Assembly (NCBI RefSeq): GCF_000372725.1
Contig: NW_005202303.1
Coordinates: 124,001-188,000 of the forward strand
Direction: 5' to 3'
Source of the DNA: Emiliania huxleyi CCMP1516
Lineage: Eukaryota
DNA: 64,000 nucleotides
Position numbers and translations under genes: made by a program. The notes under the pieces are model-generated. The model was not told the DNA's origin, searched no databases, and saw only the letters and a list, made by a program, of their open reading frames with translations. Numbering within the stretch: the stretch's first letter is position 1; each line of letters starts with the position of its first letter. Shown here one piece after another: positions 1-11,751 of the stretch.

Positions 1-2521
1 TCGCCATCCGAGGAGCCGCGCTGAGTGGCGTGCGCGGCATGCTCATCGACGCGGCGGTTCCGACGCTCGACCCGGCGGTCTCGGACTTCGATCCATCGCT
101 CCTCGCGCGCTTCGCCGTCGAGTGTGCCCGCGAGCTCCACTCGCTCGCCAGCCTCACCGGCAGCGGCGGGCGTGTGCTCATCCTCGTGCCGGGCCTGAGT
201 TGTGCCGTCGCGGCGAACCAGTTCGCCGGCGAGGGGGAGGGCGAGGCGGAGGGCGGCGCGGTGGGCGCGGACGCCGCCGCCGCCGATGGCGAGAGCCGCT
301 TCGAGATCCACTCGCTCGGGATGGCGCCGCTACCGTCCGTCTCTGCCGATCCGCCCGCTGCAGTGGCAGTGGTGGGGGTACCTCCTTCGGGAGATGCGGA
401 CGACCCGACCGTCCAGATCGCGCGCGCGTGGCTGCGGCTCGTCTCCTCCCTCGCCGGCGAGCGTGGCGCCGGCCCGCCCTCCCCTCCTCCCCTCACGCTC
501 GCCCTCAACCTGCGGTGCGGCCAGCTGGTGGAGCTGGCAGACTTCACAGACGTGTGCACGCTCGTGCCCTTCTCGGTGCTGCGGCGCGGCGGGCGCGGCC
601 CGCTCGGCCGAGGCGAGCACCCCGAGGAGGAGCAAGCCAAGGTCTGCCACTCACCCCTGCACCCCGCGCCCACCTGAGTTCAGACCCCGTCACAGTCACG
701 CTGGCTCCGCATCTCTCCGCATCTCTGCCCAGGTGCTGCTCTGGCAGCTTTACCCGGCGCCGTACCGCGTGCTGATTGCGCCGCCCGGCGGAGACGGCTC
801 TCGCTCGCCGTTCGAGGAGGTGATCTCCCCAGATCTTTCCAGATCTCCCCGAATCTCCCCATAGGCTCTCGCTCGCCGTACGAGGAGGTGGCGGCGCTCG
901 AGGAGCGGCCCGACATCGCACGCATCGGAGAGCTGGTCGAGGGGTGCGTAGATGCCGGACACAGGTGCGGAGGGAGGTGCCAGCGTCCCTGGCCAACACT
1001 CGACAAGACGCGCATGTGCAGCTGTCCTCACTGCTACGTGCTCGCGCCGCCTCCGCCGGCATTCGTAGCGCGTCCACCCGAGCCGCCGGTGTGCAGCGCA
1101 GCGCTACCGTGCCCTCGCCCTCGCGCCTCCCGTTTCCGCACTCTGTGTACAATTGCGTCAGGGGCAGCGAGTCCCTGCCCTCGCGCTTCCCGTCCGCACT
1201 CTGACCGCACTCTGTCCGCACTCTGTACACTCTGACCGCACTCTGTCCGCACAAGTCGAGGACCAGGTCGAGCCACTCTCGGCCACTCTCGGCCACCTCT
1301 CGGCCACTCTCGGCCACCTCTCGGCCACCTCTCGGCCACTCTCGGCCACCTCTCGGCCACTCTCGGCCACCTCTCGGCCACTCTCGCCGATTCTCGCCGA
1401 CTCTCGCCTGCAGGTCGAAGACGAGGTTGAGGCGATGCGCCGCCGCACGGCCTCCGCCTCCTCCCCCGCCTCCTCCCCCACCTCCTCCCCCCCGCCCGCC
1501 CCCTCGCTCGACGGCCGCGGGGACGGCGGCAAGGGCGTGCCACGAGGCACGGCGCCGCTGCAGGCGCACCTCGACACTTCCTATCTTCGCCTCTCCCTCG
1601 CTCTGCATCCGTATCGCGGCCTTGCATCGGCCTCGTACTCCCACAGTCACCCATTCGCCATCTCTGTCACTCCTCGACTCGCTCACTCCGATGCTTCCAC
1701 ACTCTCCTCACCCTCCTCCTCACTCCGCTCGCCACCTCGCTGCAGGACGCCGCGGCCCGGGCTGCGGCCCAGCGGGCGCTCTCCTCCGTCTTTTCGTCGC
1801 TCGAGTGGGATGCTCCGGAGGCGGAGGCGGGCGGAGGCGAGGCGGGCGGCGGAGAAGAGGGGGGGGCACCGCCGCCTCCTCCTCCTCCTCCGCCGCCGCC
1901 GCCGCCTGCGCCGCGACCGTCCGAGGCAGTCTACGCCGAGGCGGCCGAGGCGGCGATGGAGGGGGGGCTCTCGGTCGTCGCTCTGAGTTGGGAGGCGCCC
2001 GCCGCACGCCGCCCCCCCCCCCTTCCCCCCCCAAAAAAATTGGGGGGGGGCCCACGCGGGGGGGGGGGTGTTGCCTTTTTGTTTCCCCACTCGGGAAGGG
2101 AGGAGGGGACCCTTTTTAGCCTTCCCCCTTTCCCCTTCCCCCTTCCCCCCCCCCCCCCCCTTAAGGGCCTCGACGAGGAGATGAGTTTTTACCGTTCCGC
2201 CTCGCGCCTCCGACTTTCCGAGCTGGGCGCCGCCGCCGCCTTTGGCGAGCTCTAGCCGAGATTGGGGCCGAGGTCACCCGAGATGACTCGAGAGCTGAGA
2301 GCTCGAGCCCCCCCCCCCCCACACACACCTCCTCGCTCCTCTCCTCTCCTCTCTCCTCCTCCTCTCCTCTCCTCTCCTCGCCCGATCGACACGCCGCCGC
2401 TCGCGCCCCTTCTCCCGCCCTCACCCCTCACCCCTCCCCCCTCCCCGCAGGTGACGACGCCCGTGCCGTCCACCTGCTCGCCCGCCGCGCAGGCGGCGGA
2501 GGCGCAGACGGCGGAGGCGCA

Positions 2522-2556
<35 letters not shown>

Positions 2557-2818
2557 GGCCGGCGCGGCGCTTCTCTTCCTCGACTGCCCCGCGGCTGGGG
2601 AGGCGGAGCTGAGGCAGCTGGCGGTCGAGGGAGCGTCGCCCGCGGAGAGAGGGCGGCTCGCGACTGCGCTGTTGCTGCGCGCCGCCGCCGAGGCGAGCGA
2701 GCGCGGCATGCTGGCGGTGAGCTGGCAGCCGGCGCCGGGCGGCGACGGGGCTGCATGGCTCGAGCAGGCAGGCTTTGGGCGTGGCAGTGCGGGCGCGGAG
2801 CGGCGCTTGCTGCGTTGA
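1..2818 (+). CDS. 5'-truncated multi-exon gene; N-terminal region of unknown function (possibly DUF1995-like) and C-terminal GNAT-like acetyltransferase domain
   Basis: ORF 30-677 continues through intron 642-732 (GT..AG) and further repeat-filled introns. The last exon, after the acceptor at 2450, reads ...ELRQLAVEGASPAERGRLATALLLRAAAEASERGM...WLEQAGF... to TGA at 2816-2818, which resembles GNAT motifs A/B. Linking all exons into one gene is inference. Confidence 0.45.
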
Positions 2819-3477
2819 GGGCCGATGGGCACAGCGAGCGCGCGACAAGTCCGAAAGCGCTCTCTCTCATTGCGCGTGTCTCTCGCAGCGCCCGCTGCGC
2901 CTGGGATTCCTGACAAGTGATTCATATCCCGGAAAAGTGTCTCTCGCCTCTCTTGTGAGTCTTGAGGGTATCTACATACACACAGCTCACAGGAAAACAA
3001 TAAACATGCGGGGCGGGGTTGGTTGGAATGCATTGGAAAGCGGGTTATGTGTCCCCCTAGCGTATCGGACTCGAGCACGTGCCCGGTTGTCCGGTGCAAG
3101 TTTTCTATTTCGTATAAGTGCCGCTCTCCCTGATACATACGTGTCCGCAGCTCAATGTGCGTCGCCCTCCCCCACACGTGCGTGTGCACGAGAGCGCCAC
3201 AGCGGGCGCTGTGTGTGTGCTGTTGTAGCTTGTGGACATACACGAGTTACATGACTCAGCGAAAGGATTCGGGAATAGCAAGTGACTGCCCCGCGCGCGC
3301 GATAGCTACGCCGGTGCGAGGACGGGAAAGCGCCGATGGGTGCTCCCACCGAGCGCAGAGCGGGGAACGGCCATTCTGAGAGAGAATCGGCGGAAGAGGG
3401 CCGCGCTTCTCCTCTAGGAGTTCTAGGGACGGACGAGTTCAACCTCCTCACGAACGTTCGTGCACATAGCCAGCCGC

Positions 3478-3885
3478 TCAGAAGTTGCCGTTCGCGTAGC
3501 CGAACGAGAAGACGCCATTCGTGTACGCGAACCACAGCAGGAGAAACGGGATAAAGGCGACGTACAGGCCGGCTCCCTCGGTGGCGAGATCCACGATCTG
3601 ACCGTCCTCGTTCTCGCCCTGCTCGACAAAGTTGGGGATCCAGTCAGGGCGCGAGACGGTGTCTTGCTCGTCGTCGTAGAAGTTTTTGCCGCTGCGACCG
3701 CCACGTGTGCTGCCACGCTTGGGCGTCGGCGCCGGCGGTTCCTCCTCCTTCTTGGCGAAGGGATTCCGGAACTGCATGATCGGAGCTGCTGCCGCCCTTG
3801 TGATGGCGGGCCGGGCGGGAGCGCCCGCCTGGAGCGCGACCGAGCCGGCGCACGCGCAGAGCAAGCAGATCAAGCGGAGCAGCAT
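3478..3885 (-). CDS. Small plastid-targeted single-TM protein
   Basis: 135 aa ORF with signal peptide (MLLRLICLLCACAGSVA), Ala/Arg-rich transit-like segment, charged core and a C-terminal hydrophobic helix (LYVAFIPFLLLWFAY). Confidence 0.7.
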   Translation of the reverse strand: MLLRLICLLCACAGSVALQAGAPARPAITRAAAAPIMQFRNPFAKKEEEPPAPTPKRGSTRGGRSGKNFYDDEQDTVSRPDWIPNFVEQGENEDGQIVDLATEGAGLYVAFIPFLLLWFAYTNGVFSFGYANGNF

Positions 3886-4019
3886 TGCGACCGGCCGGCT
3901 CTGTGAATTCTCCGCGTTTTTCTTTTCCGGTTGGAGGCCTCGAGACGCTGAAAAGTCTTATCCTAACCGTGTGGGGGCGCGGAGGGCTTGTTGGCGAGCC
4001 AAAATGGTGTTTTCCGAGG

Positions 4020-4110
4020 CGCTGCGCTAGGCTCAGAGCGAGTTCGCTCTGCGCTCGCTAGGCTCAGACGGCGAGTTCGCGCTGCGCTAGGCTCACAGAT
4101 GGCGAGTGCG
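4020..4110. repeat. Short degenerate tandem repeat (~30 bp, 3 copies)
   Basis: GCGCTGCGCTAGGCTCAGA..GCGAGTTCGC unit repeated about three times. Confidence 0.6.
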
Positions 4111-5091
4111 CCGCGATAGATTTGCGCTGCGATGAAAAGACCCCGTTATAGGAGCCGATAACCCAAGGGTGCAAGGGAGGAACCGGCGCGTTTTCTTCTT
4201 GCTCCAACTCCGGCAGTGTTGGTCCACCAGCCTCGAGCGACCTGCAGGCTCTGCAGCTTCAGGTTCGGAATCTGGAGCAAAAGATCGACTTCCAGCACAG
4301 GGAGAAACAAAAAGTTCGTGTTATTTTTTGGGACGCGCCGGCCCGCTTTAGCATTGACCGAGCAAGAGCAAGACTGCCGCCTCGTCCTAAAATTTTCGCC
4401 ACCGACGGCGCGGACCTGGCAGTGGTGCAATCGCAGCATGCTGCGCTGCCTGTTGCTTTGCTGCCCCGCCGCCGCCGCACACCCAGCCACGGGCAGCAGG
4501 GAAGAGGCCAGCCTTCTCGCAGTCGGCCTGAACGACGAGGCGAGAGACGATCGCGCGGGCCGGCCGGCCACCCGAATCGCTGAGCCGCCCCACGTATATG
4601 CCCACAGGACGAGATCGACTCGGACGATCCCGAGAATCCGATGTCGCCGGAGCAGGTGCGCGCGCTGATTGACCGACAGATAGCCTTGACGCACGGCGAT
4701 ACAACGGACGGCGATGCGTCCCAGTAGTTTATTCGGGCCCTCGGTTCGGTACGGTGCGAATTAGGCCCGTTTCTATGTCCCTCGAATGCGGCGGCGGTGC
4801 TTGTGTGAGTCCCGCCCCCGTGCACCCCGCCACACGCCCACACCGCACGCACGACCCTTTCTGTGGCATTGCCAATAACGTGTACGCCTGCGACTGGTGA
4901 CCTTAAGTGACCTGGCTCGCTTGAGTTGGGAAGGGCTCGTCAGATACATCGCGCTCGGCTCTGGCCTCTGCTCCAGAGTGCAGAGAGGAGATGGTTTTGA
5001 AATGGACCCCGCGCGTACACCGACCGGCGCGGCATGACGCGCGGGGGGGCGCGCGTAATCTCCGTAAATAAGTAAGAAATTGCGAGAGCGG

Positions 5092-7315
5092 CCATAACAG
5101 GTGTTATGGCTGTTATGGCTGGCTGCTCATAACACCTCATAACACCTCATAACACCTCCATTGCTGTTATGTGGCTGTTACTAGTAAGGTAAGGTAAGCT
5201 AAGGTGTAAACGTCTCCACACACAAAGTGGTGGGGCAAGGGGGGGCGACCCTCGCATCTCCACGCCCGGACACGGGCAGGAGCCCCACGGCATTCAAAGT
5301 GCAAGCACCGGCCCGGTGCCGTGGGTGAGCAACCCAACCTGGAGCAGGCGCACATCGCTTCCAGGGAGGGGGGCGTGCTTCTGCTCACACCACATGCTAG
5401 GGGGGGGGTCCGACCCCCCCCAGAGGCTTCACCACATGCTAGGGGGGGGGTCCCGCCCCCCCCAGCACCTTCACCACATGCTAGGGGGGGGTCGTGGCCG
5501 AGGACCCCCCCAGAGACTCGTGGTCAGACCCTCCGGGCCCTTGATTTTACGCCTCATTTCGCAGCATTTTCGAGGGGGAAATCATCCTTTGGAGCTACAT
5601 GAGCCTTGAGACTGGTCAGATTCTCCAAGATATTGGACTTTCAGCCACGATTTCACAACTTTGGGGGCAAAATCGGCTCTCTGGCGGCTATTCCTAGCCC
5701 ACGAACTGCTGGGGGGTGCCCACCACATGCTAGGGGGGGGGGTCCGACCCCCCCAGAGGCTTCACCACATGCTAGGGGGGGGTCCCGACCCCCCCAGCGC
5801 CTTCACCACATGCTAGGGGGGGGGTGGAGCGTGAGCAGAAGCACGCCCCCCTCCCTGGAAGCGATGTGCGCCTGCTCCTGCACCCCACTCCCACCCTCCC
5901 AGACACACAGGACCCACACACAACCCCCACAGCGTGGACGACTACGTGTTCAGAAACACCAAGCAGTGAGGCGAGGGTGAAGGGGTAAGGGGCTGTGTGG
6001 GGCAGAATCTACATCTGACTACTCCATCTAGCCTGGGGGGTCGGAGGAGAGGGGGGGGCAGAAGGGGTATTAAAGATATGGGTGAAGCCAGCTAGTCGGA
6101 CGCCCTGTCGTCGGAAGACTCCTCGGAGCCGGTGTCCTCGTCGTCGTCCTCGCCCGACGCGGAGGTCGGGCGAGAGGTCTGCATCGCCTCGCCGGCTGTG
6201 AACCTGAACACGGCGTCGGCCGGCGCCGAGGCGCCGGCGGCCGTCATCAGGTGCATCACAAATCTGTCGCGGCATGCCGCATCAATCTCTCCATACTCGG
6301 CCAGCTCGTTTGCGAGCCAGTCCGAGGCGACGGTCGTCGTCGCCACGGTCCCCTGGGGAACCTTGGCGTACACCTTGCTGGGGCCGCGTCGGATACCCGT
6401 CGTCCCTCTCCGGGGGCAGCGAGTAGGTGACCTCTATTTTGGACCCGGCCTGGCTGCGCGTTTGCGCAGCTGCAGTCCGCAGCCCGGCCATCACGTACTG
6501 GATGTTCTCGCGCAGCTGCGCCCGCGGGGCCTCCGCGCGCTCGGCCTCGCTCGCGGCGCGCTCGCCAGCCTCCGTCGCCCGGCGCGCCTCATAACACCTC
6601 ATACACAACACCTCATATAACACCTCATAGCACTCATAACACCTCCCACTTGTTTTTATGACAGCCAGCACATAACAACCTCATAACAGCTGTTATATGT
6701 GTCGGACGAAAATATAAATTCTTGGAGCCCCGCGCGCGCGTAGCTACTACCAAAGAGCAAAGTCAACCATGGCCTACCGGCGGTAGGTATACCGGATGAA
6801 GGATGTTCAAGAGCCAGAAGCCCTCGTCATTTGACCTGCCGACTTCAAGAAGACTCAGCAAGAAGATTCCCGGCATCAACTGTGCTGTGTCTGTGTCGTA
6901 CAACGCACTGTGCTCTGAAGCTCCGAGAGGCGTGGGCCATCGACGCGTCAAACGGCCTGTGCAAATCTACGCGTTTCCCGAGGGATCGAAGGACGAGTCC
7001 GCGACGTTTGTCAACACGCTGAAGGTGTTTCAGAGCGCCATGTCCGTTTGGTGATCCGAGGTTTGATGATTGAATTTAACTTGAGGGCAAACGAGAAAAT
7101 ATTTGGCGATCGATGCCGAACCTCGCGCGCGGCAGGCCGGCAGCGCGCGGAGCGAAAATACCAGCGGCGAGCTGTTCGGCGTGGCCTCTCGGGGCCATAA
7201 CACCGTGGACCGGGGACGGCTCTCTCATAGCAGCCCATAACATGTTATGGGTGTTATGGCTGTTATGCTTATGGGGCCCTGCTTGCCCGGAGAGCCATAA
7301 CACCATAACAATAAC
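5092..7315. repeat. Three clusters of CATAACA/TGTTATG motifs
   Basis: Clusters at ~5092-5180, ~6589-6696 and ~7196-7315, partly arranged as palindromes (CCATAACAGGTGTTATGG). Confidence 0.55.
5341..5878. mobile_element. MITE-like element with perfect 48 bp terminal inverted repeats
   Basis: 5341-5388 GGAGCAGGCGCACATCGCTTCCAGGGAGGGGGGCGTGCTTCTGCTCAC is the exact reverse complement of 5831-5878. Six internal CACCACATGCTAGGGGGGG repeats. No TSD seen. Confidence 0.75.
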
Positions 7316-7374
7316 TTGTGGAGTGGGGCCAAAAAGTACTGCGTACATCTTGACACGAGTTTTGGACTCTTTGA

Positions 7375-7432
7375 TCTCTCGCTCTCTCTCGCTCTCGGTC
7401 TCTCTCTCGCTCTCGGTCTCTCTCGGTCTCTC

Positions 7433-7513
<81 letters not shown>

Positions 7514-7620
7514 CTCTGAGTCTCTCTCTATATATACATGTATATCCCTCTCTCTCTCTGGCCGTCTGGCTCTCCTCTGGCTCTCTCTGGCTCTCTCTGG
7601 CTCTCTACTCTCTGGACTCT
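7375..7620. repeat. (CT)n microsatellite and degenerate flanks
   Basis: Long pure TC run ~7437-7510 with CT-rich flanks. Confidence 0.95.
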
Positions 7621-7678
7621 GTACCATGCAGGGGTGGGGGGGGTGAGGTCATGACTGAAGTGGGCGGCCTGAGGACTG

Positions 7679-7850
7679 GAGGGTTGTAGAGGAGCTGTAG
7701 AGTGTAGAGCGCTGCAGAGCTGTAGAGATGTAGAGCGCTGTGGAGCGCTGTAGAGCTGTAGAGCTCTAAATCCGCCGCGGGACGAACTGCCTGCGTTGTA
7801 GAGCGATGTAGAGCGCGATTTTGCTGTAGAGAGTTTGTTGTAGAGGCTCG
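7679..7850 (+). mobile_element. Single arm of the TGTAGAG-rich MITE family
   Basis: Matches the left arms at 26191 and 26398 (GAGGG..TGTAGAG repeats..GCGGGACGRACTGCCT..GAGCGATGTAGAGCGCGA). Confidence 0.65.
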
Positions 7851-8083
7851 CTACAGCCAAACCGTCGGGAAGGCAGTGACTCAAAGAGGTCGAGCCGCGC
7901 TAATGGGGTGTCTCCGAGCTTACTGCATACTGGAGCTCTGATGGAAAAGAATTTTACAATCAAGGTCCCTCTCTCACGACACTGGGCAGCTGGGCACGGG
8001 ACCGGCAAAAGAATTCCCTCTGGGAGATTTTTTCCAACCATATGGCGGCTCAAAAGCCGAGAAGAGGAGGGGGGCAGGGGCGG

Positions 8084-8999
8084 CTCAGGATCACAGACAT
8101 CCCTCTCAGGATCACAGCACCGGCGGGGGCGCGCCTCAGGATCAAGCACCCACGGCAGGGTCTGTGAGGATCAGCAGACCTTGAGGGGGCGCGCTGAGGA
8201 TCATAGGCCTGAGAGGGGTGCTGTCAAGATCACAGGGCTGCAAAGGGTGGCACTCGAGATCAGAGCGCCAAAATAGGTGCAAAATACAGATCAGCGACCG
8301 GAAGTGGGCGCAATACACATCACGAGCGCCGGAACGGGTGCAATATAGATCATGAGGGTTTTGTGGTCTGTGCGCGGACGGCCCGGGGAGCCTGCGGCGC
8401 TATTTTAACCTGCCCCGACAGAGTCTCTCGATACGGCGCGCGGCGGCGCCGCACCCAGCAAGCTGGGGCCGCTCCTTACGGACTCGTCGCTGCGCTCCTC
8501 ACAAGGCAAACACGGAGCGCGCTGCGCGCGCGGTCTACGCCGAATACTGCGGCCGCCGTCACGACTGCCATCCTCGGCGGCGCCGAGCGCGCGAGCGGCG
8601 CCGATGGCCAGCCCGGCGCCACCTCCCAGCGACAAGCGCATGAGCGACAGGACGCGCATGAGCGACAGGACGGCGCATGAGCGACCGGTCCAGCGCACGT
8701 GATTGGGCGCGCGACGGTTTCATGATGTAAATTGCACCCGTTCCGGCGCTCGTGATCTGTCCCCCCCCGTTGCGCCCACCCTTCCGGCCGCTGATCTGTA
8801 TTGCACCTATTTTGGCGCTCTGATCTCGAGTGCCACCCTTTGCAGCCCTGTGATCTTGACAGCACCCCTCTCAGGCCTATGATCCTCAGCGCGCCCCCTC
8901 AAGGTCTGCTGATCCCCACAGACCCTGCCGTGGGTGCTTGATCCTGAGGCGCGCCCCCGCCGGTGCTGTGATCCTGAGAGGGGTGTCTGTGATCCTGAG
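8084..8999. mobile_element. Foldback-like element with ~270 bp inverted arms
   Basis: 8084-8355 is near-identical to the reverse complement of ~8720-8999. The arms carry regularly spaced GATCA motifs and enclose a ~365 bp spacer with no credible ORF. Confidence 0.8.
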
Positions 9000-9492
9000 A
9001 GAGGCTTATCTGAAGAGCAAGAGGGGCAGGAGAGACCTCTTCGGTAGGCGCGCATGGGTACCCCCCAGGCGAGGGCCCCCGCCTGCCCCCAGTGGAAAAG
9101 GCGGCGCACGATCCACGAAGGCGGCGGGGCCGTCGTGGCCACACCGCCACGTGTAGACTGTAGTGTGTAGAGAGAGAGCGACAAGAGAGACAGACAGCCA
9201 AGTCACCAAAGACGAGGCCGAGGTGCGGGCGAAGACGCACACAGAGAGAAAGAGCGGGGCCGGGCGGAGAGGGGGGGGAAGAAGAGGGACACGACGGGGG
9301 TGGGCGGGTGGCAGTCGGGGGGAGGGTGGCGGGGGGCGGGCAGGAGAGAGAGAGACACACACAGGGGATTGCTAATGGCGTGCCGTCGTCGTCGTCTCGA
9401 TTCGTCTTCCGGATAAAAAGAAAGAAAAGAAAGAAAACGCCTGCAGGATTTTTTTTCACCTTCCCGTGTCGAGTGTCCTCTCAGGCTTCACC

Positions 9493-10389
9493 ATGAGCAC
9501 AAGCCGGGGCATCAACGTCAAGGACGTCGCGTCGGACCAGTTCGTGGTTGCCTACGCCGCGCACCTCAAGCGCATTGGCAAGATCGAGGTGCCCAAGTGG
9601 GCCGACCTGGTCAAGACGGCGTCGTACAAGGAGCTCGCTCCCTACGACCCCGACTGGTACTACATCCGTGCAGGCACCCGGCCGCTCGGGCCCGGGAGGG
9701 GAGCTTGGGCGGTGCTGTGGGGGCCGTTGCTGCCGCCGCGCCGCACGGGCGCCACCCCGACGTCGCTGTATACGTCGCACTGCTGAAGCGCCCGCCCGCC
9801 CCACCCGCCCCGCAGCTGCGATGGCGCGGCGAGTGTACATGCGTGGGGGCGTCGGCGTGGGCGGCTTCAAGAAGATTTACGGCGGCCGGAAGATGCGCGG
9901 CACGCGGCCCGAGACGTCCGCCAAGGGCTCGGGCTCCATCGCGCGCCACATCCTCAAGCAGGTGCGGGCTGCTGCGCCCCTTCCTGCGGCCCCCTTCCCG
10001 GGGCGGAGGGCGGCGCCGCCGCGCGTAGTGCGGAGGACGGGCGCCTCCTCCTGTGCGCGCGCGTGGGGGGGGGGGGGGGGAAGCCTCAACCCGCCGACCG
10101 CCGCCAACGCGCGCAGACCACCCCTCGAGGCCTGCCTCACCCCCCCTCCCCCCCTCCCCCTGCAGCTGGAGGTTCTGAAGATTGTCGAGAAGGTTCCCGA
10201 GGGGAAAGGGCGCGCGCCGCACCGCCGCCGCGCGCCCGCGGCGCACTCATCGCCGCTCCGACTCTCTCCCCTCGCGCGTTATCCCCCTCCCTACGCCCCC
10301 CCCGCCCCTACCTCCGCAGGCGCCGCATCACGCCGCAGGGCCAGCGCGATCTCGACTCCATCGCCGGCCAAATCGGCGAGAAGTCCTAG
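9493..10389 (+). CDS. RPS19: 40S ribosomal protein S19 (eS19), 4 exons
   Basis: Exons 9493-9673, 9816-9961, 10166-10209 and 10320-10389 join to give ...[23 protein letters not shown]...[21 protein letters not shown]...[13 protein letters not shown]. Introns 1 and 3 are GC-AG, intron 2 is GT-AG. Confidence 0.97.
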
Positions 10390-10875
10390 GGGGCCCACCC
10401 CCCGAACCGTATCCGAGTCCACTCATTGAGAGCAGAGAGCGGTGGGGCAGCGCGCCCCCCGCGCTCGCGTATACCGAGTCCTCGCGCGCGCCCGCGCTCG
10501 TCATGTTGCCGCGGTGTGTTAAGAAGTAGAGTGCGTGCCTTGACAGGACAGATTAATCGTATTTGCCAATACGCGCTTAGGAATCCTACTCTCCACGACA
10601 ACGAAAGAGAGTTGACTGTTGAGTGTGGTGAGATCGGCAGACGCACAGGCGACCGCGGGGCCGGCGTCCGGGGCTCGAGAGCCGAGAGCGAGACGGAAGA
10701 CGCGAGACACGCGGCTCGTGTTGTGTCGAGCTGTCGTCTTATGTGGGACCGTCCCGTTGTCGACGTCGCCCCCGTCGCCGGGCCGCGAACAGGCGCCCCA
10801 CCCCCCCTTTGCCATACGCGAAGGGTTGCAGACGGCGGCCCGCCGCAAGGCGCAAGCCAACCAGTCGCCGCGGAC

Positions 10876-11427
10876 TCAGAATAGCTTTGGCAGGCTGGGA
10901 AGCTTGGGAGCAGACAGCACGGAGGAGCCTCGCGTCGACTTTAGCGCTGCCTGCAGGTCGGAGAAGACGTAAGGCACGTTTGCATCGCGGCACCTGGCCA
11001 CGAGCTTCAGCGGTGACGAGTCGTTGCTCGGGTCTTCGATCGGCAAGTTGAGCACCGTCCGCTCGGACCCGCCAATCCGTGCAACGGCCGCCTCGGCCTT
11101 CGCGCTCTTGAAATCCACGCGTTCCACGTCGCACACGCCCGTCTCTCTGCATGTAGAAAGGCGCGAGACAAGCTCCGAGTATTCAATCTCTTTCGGTGGC
11201 GGTGGCGGCGGCGGCGGCGGCGTGAGCAGCGCATCGTCCACTACTGTCGGCGTTAGCGCATCGTCCAGGACTGGTTCGACAATGGACTCGTCACCTTCGA
11301 ACGCGCCGGCGCGGAGGATGGGCGACGAGGCGACGGCGGCGGCGGCGCCGCCGCCGATGACTGCACGGCGCGTGCTCCGCACGGCCTCGCACGAGACGAC
11401 GAGGAGGAGGAGCAGGCGAACGATCAT
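10876..11427 (-). CDS. Putative plastid/thylakoid-lumen protein resembling the FtsH lumenal N-domain
   Basis: Signal peptide, then twin-Arg RRAVIGGGAAAAVA, a poly-Pro linker and EIEYSELVSRL...VERVDF...SPLKLVARCRDANVP. Confidence 0.55.
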   Translation of the reverse strand: MIVRLLLLLVVSCEAVRSTRRAVIGGGAAAAVASSPILRAGAFEGDESIVEPVLDDALTPTVVDDALLTPPPPPPPPPKEIEYSELVSRLSTCRETGVCDVERVDFKSAKAEAAVARIGGSERTVLNLPIEDPSNDSSPLKLVARCRDANVPYVFSDLQAALKSTRGSSVLSAPKLPSLPKLF

Positions 11428-11662
11428 CGTGGAGACGTGAAGCGAGGACGCCCACGCGGCGGGGCCCGGAACACACGAAAGCGGTCTGAGCTGACGGCTC
11501 GACAAACGTGCTTGGCCTGAATCGAAGGGTCAAAAGAAATCGACGGCGCGATTCTCCACAGAGGCAGATTTGCTAAAAGAGGAGGTGATGGCCGCCTCCA
11601 AGACGCTCGCAGCGCTAGGCATCCCTGTCTACGCCCTTAGTTTACTCGCCCATCTCTCCGGT

Positions 11663-11751
11663 GATCGTCCTTACAAGATCCTGCTCGCGCAGGTGGGGAC
11701 CCTGTCCTTCTCCCACCCCTTGTTTGGTGTGTCCGTTTCATTTATTTATTT
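11663..11751 (+). mobile_element. 89 bp retroposed 3' fragment with (TTTA)n tail and 11 bp TSD
   Basis: ATCTCTCCGGT at 11652-11662 and 11752-11762. The body is related to ~26062-26152. Confidence 0.75.

Noticed and set aside
1985..2165. Homopolymer-rich stretch as a special element
   Set aside because: Runs of C/G/A/T look like low-quality read sequence inside a gene; likely an assembly artefact.
7076..7646. ER/SL-repeat ORFs
   Set aside because: Translation of the (CT)n microsatellite.
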